From Candidatus Omnitrophota bacterium (GTDB lineage: Bacteria; Omnitrophota; Gorgyraeia; JAFGHF01): a stretch of DNA of 64,000 nucleotides. A program made the translations under genes and the position numbers. This document shows positions 12,001 through 24,000 of the stretch, one piece after another (position 1 is the stretch's first letter; every line of letters starts with the position of its first letter). The stretch spans positions 1,172,575 through 1,236,574 of the forward strand of contig CP070837.1 in the NCBI GenBank assembly GCA_020341815.1, in the 5' to 3' direction. The notes beneath the pieces were generated by a model. It was not told the DNA's origin, made no database searches, and saw only the letters and a program-made list of their open reading frames with translations.

Positions 12001-15000
12001 CAGAGTATATTTAGAGATATTCGAGCCCTTTGATAACCCGCAGCCAAGTCATCTATACAGTTATTATGCATTCCTGTTTGAGACATTGTATTTAAACGTA
12101 TATTGCCCGGAAGAAGACGGCCCAAGCTACTGGGACTTGCACGTTGATGATGTAGAACAGAGGTATTGTTCCTCCCCCGTAGCGAAAATCAAGGCGCTAA
12201 AGAAGAAAGGCCAGGAGGACGGTACGCAGAAGGTGAAAGTAAGCAGAAAAGTAACCAAAGACTCTAACCGAAAAGAAGAACCTTTGGAAGAATGGTATAA
12301 GGTTCTAGGTATATTAGGAGGTAATATTAAAAAGGGCAATAACAAGGTTTCCTCTCCGGCAGAAGCTAGAGAATACCATGAGAAAGCTGCAAAGCTTTTT
12401 AAAGAAAGAAAATTCGATGAGACCATAAAAGTCCTTACTAAGATTATTAAGCTTAATTCAAGCGATTCAATTGCTCATCACAATCGTGGAATAGCTCGCG
12501 AGAGAAAAGGCGATTTAAAGGGAGCGTTGGAAGACTTAAGAAAAGCCTGGAACATTAAAGCAACTGCGCTTAAGATGAAGAAATCCTCTTCTCCCGCAAA
12601 TGGAGAAAAACTTAATCCAACAGACATAAGGGCGGAACTCATAAATAGCACAGTGGTGTTCTTAACCAGCCGAAAATGGACAATGATGAGAAAGGGAGAT
12701 GAAGTAGTTATACGCAAATTGTCTGAGAAGCGCTTTGGAGAATTATATGCGCGTCATCCAAAAGGTATTCGAGACGCAGGCATATTCGTAAATTATGCTT
12801 GGCAAGATGAAGGACCGGGAGCGTTCAATATAGATATAGTAGAAACATTAGATCCTATAGCACTACTTTTGGCCTTTAAAGGAAGCCTTAAAGATGAGGC
12901 CGAAATCGAATTAGTAACTGCAAAGATTGAAAAAATTAAGGATGGCTTCAATAAGGTGAAGCTCTCCAGCCCGGCAGAAAATCGGTCTATGGAATTAATG
13001 ACTAACATTGTCTCTGTAGGCGCAGTGATTGTAATTGGGGCTAAGCCTCAATCAGTTTCCAGTCCTGTGTTTAAGATGTTTGCAAAAAGAGATGATAAAG
13101 ACATTGGAGCAGATGCTGTTAATAAGAAGACTTATAAGCAAACTGATGAAGGAAAGTTTAAAGTTGTAACTTTGCCTTTGGAACAAAAGAAGTGTGAAGG
13201 AGGAGGTTGTCCAGAAAACCATGGCGCACAGAATAGCGAAGTCGAGTTGCTTAAAAAGGCTATCGATACGCTGATAGACTTTAGGCTTGAGTTGCTACTT
13301 TCCGAGCCAAAAACAAAAACTGAATGTCGGCAGAAAATAGATGCAATGACGAGAGATTTAGAAGAGCAGTTTGGAAATCCCACAAAAGCTAAAGAGTTTG
13401 CAGAAAAAACAATTATGAAACAGGAAAGAGAGAGGCTTTTGCCTATAGCAGAGAAAAAGATATATTGGAAAATAAGAAATAGATTAATGGAGAAATTAGA
13501 TAAAAAGAACGGAACTATTGACAAAGATGATTGTTTAAACATATTACAAGGAATTGTTAATCAAAAAACAAAAATATTGGCTGAAAAGCAATTTAGAGGT
13601 GCACTTCTTCTGGGAGAAATAGGAACGGGAATCCAAGAATTAATAGGGCTTTTAGTTGTCGATGAAGCATTAAGGAGCGTATTCTTCAAGATGCTTCCGG
13701 AAGAAATCAAAAAGCAAGTTGAATTTGAAAAAGAACAAAAAGCACAACAGCCAGCAAATGGGCAGGGTTTAGGTGGGGTAGAGGTAAGAGATATGCTAAA
13801 AACGTTTGCAAAAAAATTGGAAGAGAACTTAGCGCAGAAATTTGACAAAAGATTAGGGCATCTGGAAGAAGAAGTGAAAAACGGAACCAATGACGTTGCG
13901 GAATTAAAACAAGAAGTGAAAAACGGAACCAATGACGTTGCGGAATTAAAACAAGAAGTGAAAAACGGAACCAATGACGTTGCGGAATTAAAACAAGAAG
14001 TAAGAAACGGCAAGCCGTATTGGGATGAGGGATCGGATAGGAAGCTTATTGATGATGAGATGAAGAAATTAAAAGAGGAGGACCCCGTCCGCTGGGCCGA
14101 CCCTCATAAACGGCAGGCAGAAGCAACTAAAAGACTTATAAAACAAGGAAAGCTCAGGCTTGAGAATTGTTTTGATAATACTATCCCCAATGATACATTA
14201 AGAAGAGAAGTAAAGCAAGCAATAAAAATGAAAAAAGAAGAGAAAGAAGACATAGGCGAAGAACTGACTTGGTATGATGTTGAGAAAATTTATAATGAAC
14301 TTTTATTAGAATTACTTATGGATGAGAAGATAGAAAAAGAAGATGCTAAAAAATTAGGGCCTTTGACGGCTTATGAACTTACTTTGGGAGAACTTGAAAA
14401 AACCATTCGTTTCCAGAAGAAAGATATGCCACATTTTGGAATTCTTTGTCCTACAAAAGATGGTGGAAATCATTTTGTTAATATTTTGGGAGTTAGAATA
14501 GATGAAAAGAGAAGGGTTTATATAACAATTTCAGAGTATAATACCGGTGACGATGAAACGTGTCGTATAAGGGAAATTGAACTCTCAGAATTTGCCAAAG
14601 AATTAGGAATGGATAAGTTTATTATAATTGCCAATAAGAAGGATAAAAGGATATTCAGGAAGGAACTTCGCGATGACGACAAAAAAGAGCTAATGAGACC
14701 CCATGGGCCTGGAACCAAGACCACCGGTCCCCAAGGCAGCAAAACAGGCAACGGAACAGGTGATGGAACAGGCGGTGGTAGTGGTAAAGGAACGTCTGGT
14801 CAGGGCAAAGGTGATGCCACCCCGCCTCCTTCAAACGGTTTCGGAACATCCGGAGCCGCAGCAGGCTTTACAGGTGCTGCTGCAGGTTCTTCGGATGCCG
14901 GGACGGATGCTGGCAACACAGGCGATGTTGACAATACAGGCGATGCGGGCAGCACAGGCCGTGATTTTCCAAAAGACGTTACTAATAGCAGTAAGCCAAT

Positions 15001-18000
15001 AAATACCATTCCATTCGATACCGATACCCATCAGGGAAGGGCCGATGCGGATAATAATAACCCAGGCGCAGAAGTAAATGGTAATAAGGGAACGTCAAAT
15101 ACAGAATTGGCAAAAGCTGTAGTTGCCAGCCCGGTTGAGCAGACTTTAGGTGGAAAAAGGGACGTAGAAACAGATAGATTTTTTGCTACTAGAGAAAAAT
15201 TTAGGGGTAGATCAGAAGGCTTATCTCCGCCTACTGCTTCAAATAGCACTTTAGAGCACAGAGCCAAATCCTCAATATCCGCCAGTCCCGCAAGATTAGT
15301 TTATCCCCTAAGGCCTCGCCATGAGGCAGATAATCTACAGTCCGCAGTTCACGGAACAAAAATAACCGCCCATATCCCCAATACGCACTACACAATATAC
15401 GATATTGCCTCCAGCCCGAGTATTATTGACCTTAATGAGGAAGTCCAAAAGTTCTTAAAAGAAGCCGTTAAAGATTTCATGGCTAAAGTAAGGGAAATTT
15501 TGGCTAAGAAAGAGGATATCCAATCCACAATTGATAAAATCAATGCACTCACAATAGAAGGAGAGTTCATTGATCAGATCTCTACAGAGTTATTAAGGAA
15601 ATCATTGGCTGATGAGTTAACAGATTTACTTAATGGACTGCAGTCATGCGGACTAAATATCCAGAGCGGAAAAATACCTCTTGAAAAATTACTTTCTAAT
15701 TTGGATGAATTTGCAAATGTAGAAAAACTATATATAGAAACCACAGGCTATATTAGTATACTTAATTCAGTTGCCATTTTAAGAAAGAGTCGTTCTTTTT
15801 CCAGTCCTGCCGAATGCAGCCCTGTTTTAACTCAGCAAGCTACTTTTTCACAGTTTTTGGCCAATCTGCTGAATAGAGAATCGGCTGATATTTCTCAAGC
15901 AATAAAGCGTTCGCTTTATAACTTCAGATGCAGATGCGAAAAATACATATTGCAAAGAGCGATAGATTGGTTTTTGAGTCTCAAGTATAAGCTATTATCT
16001 CTATTAGGAATTTTAGGAAATAAGAAAAAGCATTACGGAGATAGCGGGAAAGAAGCCGATAATGAAATAAATGCACTTGAAGCAAAAGGTATAGATCTCA
16101 GAAACCCGCGGGCTCCTTCAATGAAGCGTTCGCTTTATAACTTCAGATGCAGATGCGAAAAATATATTCTGCAAAGAACGATAGATTGGCTTTTAAGCCT
16201 CAAGCACAAGATACTATCTTTATTGGCAAATTTAGGAAATAAAGAAAAATATTATGGAGACAGCAGCAGAGAGCAGACCGACAAGAAAGTAAATATACTC
16301 AAAATAAAAGGCATAATAAAAAGAGTTTTCGGAGCACCGCGCGCTCCTTCCGATCCGCAGAAGCTCAATAATACTAATAATCTTGGCACCATAGGTGCAA
16401 ACGCTAGCGGTCTGCCTGTTTTGCCAAACAGCACCTCTATGCCCTTTACTGATCCATTTGAAGGCAGAGAACCGGCGAATATTCCTCCAATAGCAGGAGC
16501 TTCGGCCAATATAGAATATAGAAGGAATGAACAGAAATTAGTAATAGTTAGTAGCCCTGCAACAGCCGAAGGCCACCATAACGGTAAAATGAGAGGATGG
16601 CGGGTCTATAGGGAGGGTATCTTAGAATTAAATATAAATATACGTAAAGCAAGAGGTATAGGTACAAGTCTCGGAGGTCCGCAGGCTCCTCCTTATAGCT
16701 CTCCTATCTCAGTAAACCAGAGAGAGAATAAGGAGGTGTCTTATGGAAAGAGTACAGCGTTTGGAATTACGGGAATTCGAGAGAAAGATGCGGAATATAG
16801 AAGAAGAATGGATGGCCCTGGAACTTCAACGTCGGCGCAAAGCCAGGAAGGAGAAGGAAAACATTATCCAGGAAGAGGACCGTTAGAAACATTACCACCG
16901 ACAGAAGAAAAGGGCAATAATAATCCTAATGGCCGCATGGCCCGGGGCTCAAGCGGAAAGAGTCCGGCTGCTATAGATGATGCTCTGTGCATACAAGCTT
17001 TAACTAAGCTTGCCTCTATATTAGAAGCTATCCTCAATGCTGTTATGCAGGTGCGGTATATTGTATACCGCGGACCTCCGCAAGCTATCTCTACCTATTC
17101 CCCTACCTACTACCTACTACCTACTACCTACTTATTAATTAGCCCCATAGCTACAACTTCATTAGAAGAAGTTGCGGTTATGGGTTTTGTTATTTCCGGT
17201 TATTCCTCCCCAATAATCGTCGCCGCAGTAGTTGCGGTGCGTTTATATACATTATTCAATAATCTATTGCAAATGGTGGCGCTGACAGTAGCAAGCCTCA
17301 TTGTGAGGCTTACTTCTATCACCGCCGCCTCGGTGGGAGAACCTGTGGGCGCCGCCATTGCAATTAAACCAGTAGTGAAAGGAGATGGGTTACAATGTCA
17401 GGAGCCGAAGTCAGGAGTATCAAGTTTGATCACATCGTGGATTCGCCAGATTACAGGTTTGTATGCGTTACTATTGGCGGCAGGACACGAAATCTGCGAA
17501 TCTATAAAGACGGGATGGTTGAATCTTATGAGCACGGACGCTTTATCCAGCTTCCTAGCGAACTGGCAAAAGATATTCGTGCCACTCTCAGCCGTACGCC
17601 GAACATCCCTACCTTCTCACTCAAGAACGGAAAAGGCCTTAGCGAATAAGTTACTCGCTGAGGCCTTCTCTGCCTCCTCCCCGGCAGATGGTGAAGATAA
17701 ACCTAAAGTGAATCTTCCAAAAGAAGTGCTTGAATATTATGAGAGCCTTTCTGAACCAACAGAAGCAGCTTTAATCTCAGCTTGGAAAAACCGGGGAGGT
17801 AAGTTCGTACAAAGTAAAGACGTACATAAAGCTCTTACCGAAAGCAGCATGAGACCGAAAATAACAGAACCCCCACTTAAGAAACAAGAAGATGAGAAGC
17901 AAGAAGATGAGAAACAAGAAGAGGGGGTAATAGAAAAAATAAAAAAAGAGCTCATAATAAGCATAAGATGTTTTGCTATAGAAAGGATAGAAGTAGAAGA

Positions 18001-21000
18001 CCTTCTTAAAGATAAAGAAAAACAGCTCAAGAAAATAGGGGTTCTAAAGCGTTTATTAATAATGTTGCGTACTGATATAGGCAAAGAAATAAAACTACAA
18101 AAAAATGAGACTATCAAAAATATATTAGAAACTATAGGGGATTATATACAAGTTATATTAGATAATGAATTTAATTTAATAAAAGAAGGATTAGAACAAG
18201 CGGGAATAATAAAAGCTGGATTGCGGCTTGAAATGGGGACAAAAGATGAACAAACCAAGAAGAAAAAAGCAAAGCAAGAATTAAAAGCAATAGCGCTTAA
18301 TATAGCAGAGCAAAAAGCAAATTTAGTAACAAAAAATATACCGTTGATAGGGCAAGCGCTAATAGAGCTAGAGCAGGCCATAAAAGGACAAAACTCTACC
18401 TCCAGCCCTGCGCATTATAATATACCGCTTGTGCAGCATTCCTCTAGAAGAGAGCCTGGGAAAGTATCAACCACACTCACTAAGCAACAGCTTAGAAAAA
18501 TAAAAGAATTGAGAAAGACGGCATCCCTCGACAAGCAAAAAAAGATTCAACGATTGATGACTAAGCATTGCAATAAAGGTGACACAACAGACGCGAAAAA
18601 ATTTATTACACAGATGAAAATCACAATATCCAAACCGGATATCACCTCCAGCCCCGCACAGAAAAAGCCCGAAGAGCAAAAGATAGATATAGAACGCATT
18701 ATAGAATTAGTTAAAGAAGTAAGGCTAGGAGAATGCTTGGAGCATTCGGCAATATTAATTGGCGTATTGAGAAGATTAGGGGAAAACGCCCGGCTTGTAG
18801 GCGGTTATGAATCCTCCGAAGCTAATCTTCCCGACCACTATTATGTTCTTAGGGAAAATGGGGACAGGATAGATATCTGGCCAAGAGAGACAGAAGAAGA
18901 AAACTTTGATGAGTTTTTCGCTGAGGCACAGTTACGACTCGCTTTAGATAATCCAAAAATAGATGATGTGATTAACAAAGTCTTAAAGAAGCTCTCCAGC
19001 CCCATCGATAAAACAATAGATAGTCAAGTTATTGCATTTTTAGGCGCCCATTTATGGAACAATATTATGGCTTTGCTCAAAGCCCGGCCGAAATTCCTTG
19101 AGGATTTCTGCTTTAGTTATCGTTGTCATGAGGGCTGGGTGCCAGGGAAAAAAGGCGAAAATATCTGCGGCGCTATTAGGATGGTAACTATAAATTCTGC
19201 TGCTTATCTCCCTATCAATAAAGAAGCCAGCATTGTTCGACCTTCCTCCAGCCCGGTTAAGCAGAAACTTGGAGCTATTGTCTTGATTATTATGGGGATT
19301 ATGGTTGGTTTTCCGGGATTGCTTTTTGCTCAAGGATTAGCTCCTGCTGCATTAACCGCATCAATCTTTGGCAAGGCTATTATGGGGACAATAGGGGTTG
19401 TCTTGGCAGGAAAGCTCCTCAAGAACTTATATGTAGCGCGAAAGTATAAAAAATATACATCCAGGATAAATAAGCTTTTGAGGATAAGCGAAGAAAGCCC
19501 AGAGCGATTTGCCGATGAAATCGAATCGCCCGAATACAGAGATATCTATGAGCAGGTTATGCGTTATTCCGAAGATAACGCAGAACAGAATGAGACGTTA
19601 GCGCAACTACAGGAGTCTTATTTTGAAGCCAGGGAGAAGACCGTTGAGGAAATAGAGGAATTGCTGATGGCTTTTACTTTTCCTCAGCCTTCTTTAGAAA
19701 TGTGGCGGTTGAGTCTAAAAATTGAAATTATGCCAGGTTTTTCTAATAAGAAAGAGGGAAATACACGGGATGAGCTTTTAGAAAAACTTTCTGGCTTTGC
19801 CAATAGATATCCGGATATTTTCCTAAGTGTATTAGAGGAGAAGTTCGGCATAGAACTCCTAAGAGGTAATTTTAAATCAGGCGATTATATGCAAAGATTG
19901 CAAGAGCTTTATTTCAATATTAGAAACAGGGCTTATGTTTCTGCAAAGAATAAGCCTGTGCGTATTGCCTGGCATGTTTGGGATTTTTGCATCTCCTGGA
20001 CGTTGCGTTCCGGATTGGCTTTAGCGAAAGGAATTAGTTCCCGGATTCAAAAACTATCTGACGGAAAGCCAACAATAATTATAAAAACGCTCATAAAAGG
20101 ATTAGGCGATATAATTCAAAGAGCTAAAAATCTCTTTGCCGAAGCGCAGGCAGAAGAAGGTTATTGGAAAAAAGCAGAACTTGTCGTTAAGCTTAGTTTT
20201 TGTATTTCTTCTCTTGCTGCTGTTGCCTGGTATAACTGGGGCTGGAAAGGCGCCTTAATCACTGCAGTTGGCTTGCCTATAGGTTTCCCTGCAGCACTAA
20301 TAATGGCTATATTTGTTAGCGTTAAGATAATTCGATGGGCATGCAATCATCCAAAGCTGGCAACCACTGGAGTACTTTTGGTTATGGTGGGGGGACTTGG
20401 TTTATTCGGGGAGGCATTTGCAACGCATCCTCAGGCTTATCTGCCCCATCCGGATGGTCCGCAGGCATCCAGGAGTAGAGCGGGCAATATAGGAGACAGG
20501 ATTGCGCTTAGGGGGCCGGATGAGGCTGGCGAGGTTGTCCCCAGAGTTGTTGAGCCGACTGTAAAAGGCCAAGATCCGGAACGCTCCGGCCGTTCTCCCC
20601 CAGATAACACAACTACTCATTCAGATATATCACTTAACCCTAGTCAAACCCCTGCCGAGGAAACGTCTTGGCTCAGCAAAATCTTGGATGTTTTGGTGCC
20701 TGATGTTGAGGCAACTGAGCCTGAGGTGAATAAAGGGGCAGAGAAAACAAGCTTCTTTAAAGATTTCTTTAATAAGAAATACGATGTTATAAAATTGTTT
20801 AGGAATATATATATTGGCGATTGGCATCATTTTGGGATTTTTAGACTTGTGGGAAAGCAAGAGTACGTTAAAGATGGTAAGAAGGCTTATATTATAATGC
20901 TGCGAAAGATAATAGGGAAGATGCCGCCAATAGGCGGGTTCCATATATCCGGTAATACTTCAGAAGCGATTATTTTCGTCAATCAGAAACCAGATAAAGA

Positions 21001-24000
21001 CTGTGCTTGCGAAATGAAAGCTATGGCAAGCGGAGATCGCTTGAAGATACTCTTGGAAATAATGGATGATTTTCATCGCGAGGCATTAACGGGTAAAGGT
21101 ACATATTGTAAATTTACTTCAGAAGGCGAAATTCACTGGACAGAAATAGATGAATTTACTAAGGTCGATCCTATTTTGATGAATAATTTAAAAGCTCTAG
21201 CGCTAGATCTACAAGGTAAGCCTTTCGCCAAGCGTGAACTTATATATACAATAGAGGGAATGATTAAATCAACAGCTGATGATTACGAATTTACAAAACC
21301 ATTGGCCGGAAAGAGCGTCGAAGAATTGATCAAGTTAATAGAAGGAAATAAAAGTAAGCATGAGTTTAGACATATAATAGACGCATGGATTAGTGATTCT
21401 GAATTGTATCTTACAGAAAGAATAGAAGAATTGAGAAACTCTTTTGGCAATAGGTCAGATGAAATTATAAAAAGAGTTATAGTAGAATTGTCCGGTTTTT
21501 TGAGCACACTGATGGATCCTTCATATACGCGTTATCAATTCTGTCAAACATTCTTAGGAGCAATGCATTGCAGGAACATAAGTCAGCGCAATTCTAATAA
21601 TGGCTCTCATTATAGCGTCAGCCCCAATGATGCCGCTCATTTTATCATCATCTTGGCAATGATGAATTGGGCTAAAGGAGAAAAAGATATTACCGGTAGA
21701 TATTTCAACGTGAATGATTGGAGAGAGACATTACGTCCTTTAAGTGATGAGCAAATAATACAATACGCTAAAGAGATTTATGAGTATATATTCCAAAGAG
21801 AAATGCTCATGCCCGAGCTTGTAACAACATATGAAGCTAAAGGTATGTGCTTCATCACCTCACTGGGTAGTGCAGAGGCGGCTGAAGCGCAGACACCGGA
21901 TGAAACAAAGCCACCTATTAAAGAATGGATGATAGAACTATATCGAGAAAAACTCCAAGAGTTAAGAGACAAATTTAATAAGAAAAAGATTTCAAAAGAT
22001 GAATTTATTTCCAGACAATTAGGTATAATTTTAAAACTAGCTAATGAAATAAGATTTGAACGAAAGGTTGCGCAGAAACAGCAGGATTGGTGCTTTAGAA
22101 CAAAGTTAGATTTGCGGATATTAGGAGAGCAAATAGGATTTAGAGTTTTTAAATATTTAATCATTTTAGATAAGAATTCTGATGGGACATTGTCAGTTTT
22201 CCCGATAGATAAAATATTCGATTTAGTAGAAGAATTTACGAAAACAGAAATTGCTATATACAGATCTTACGAAAAAGCGAAACTCGCTAACTACAGATCT
22301 TACGAAAAAGCGAAACTTGCTAACTACAGATCTTACGAAAGAGCGAAACTTGCTAACTACAGATCTTACGAAAAAGCAAAGTTGGAGATTTATAAGGAAA
22401 TAGAATACAGTCAAATTTATAAAGACAGAATAGCTACTATAGAAATAGTTTATAGAAAAAAAATAAAAGCTGTAGAAGTTACTTATAGAGAAGGAATAAA
22501 GGCTGCAGAGGCCACTTATAGAAAAGGAATAAAAGATGCAATTGCAGCTTATGACAATGCAAAAGAGACAGTGCTTCAAGAAATTACTAATAAAGCAAAG
22601 CAGTTTATTATTAAAGCTAAACAGTCAAATAACGAGGCAATGCTGATTCAAAGAGGACAACCCTGGGGAATTGGCCTAAGCGGATTGGTATTATTAACTA
22701 TATTATTTATGCCAATGATGGCCTTTGGAGGAGAAACTGAGGTATCCTCATCACCAATTAAGGCTAAATTCAACATGGCGGAGGTTGTCAAATGTGCAAC
22801 TCTGCTAAAAACAACCAAGGCTAATTTTATAAGAGTATTAGCAGTTGGGTTGGGGTTAAGTCAGATTGGATGGGTTTGGATTAAGTCTGAAGAAAAATCG
22901 ATAATACAATTCTTTTTGAAACCCCTTTTAGGGGGATTGGGAATAACGATAGTCTTTTTAGTAGGCTATTATCTGGCAACAATTTATTTTTCTAATCAAT
23001 GTGAGAACTATCTTGAAAAAGCAAATACTTTTATTATGTCAAAACAGCATCAGAAGGCAATTTTGGAATGTAACTACGTTATTAAATTAAAAAGATTTAT
23101 TCATTCAAATCTTGAGGGATTAGCATATAGCCTTAGAGGAAGAGCATATTTTGAATTGGGGCAGTATCAAGAGGCTTTGCTTGATTACGATACAGCTTTA
23201 AGACTTATTGTTGATGTTCCCGAGCTTGCTTGTTTTGTTCCATCTCTCTATGTTAGTAAAGGTAGCACACTTTTTCATTTAGGAAAATTGCAAGAAGCTT
23301 TAGATAGTTGCGAGCATGCAATTGAATTTGATCCCAATTTGGGCCCGGCATATGTAAATAGAGGAACAGTAAAGGCTTCTTTGGGAAATATTGAAGAAGC
23401 AAAGAGAGATTTTGAAAAGGCAGTAAGACTAGATTCTAAATTACAGCAGGAAGTAGAAAAAACAAAGAATTATTTAAGAGGTAAGGGTATAGATATTTCT
23501 TCTTCACCGGTTAAGATAACCGACTCAATGAGTACCTATGCGGTGAGTCAGATTTTGATGGGATATAGGCTTGTTGAAATAAATCCGCAGAACATTCAAT
23601 ACATTAGCAATATCACCTCTTCCGGTTTAATCCGCGGGTCGGATACTGCGGAAGTAGATAGCATTAAAACCTCCCAAATATCCAACCTTCCGTATCCTGC
23701 CCGCAAATATTCTGTAATTCCAGTAAATGAAGTAATAAAGGAAAAGAGTTGTTCTTCTCCGCTTACACAAGATAGTAAAAATAGCGGTAAATTTGCTCTT
23801 TGGCGCGAGTCTATTGAGAATTATATTGAGAGCTACTTAGATTTTCACCCCACCTTATCAAAATATTTAGGCAAAGTTATTCCTTTTATAGAAGTAGCGC
23901 TTTTGGCAACATTAGTCGGGTTAATGGGAGTAGCTTTATTAGGAGGAGCTTATTTATCCTGGATAGTTACAACAGCCCTGCTGGGAGGTAAAGCAGTAGC

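Noticed and set aside
13869-22385. 42-bp and 33-bp repeats as CRISPR arrays
   Set aside because: Head-to-tail with no spacers, in-frame coding, and no cas genes
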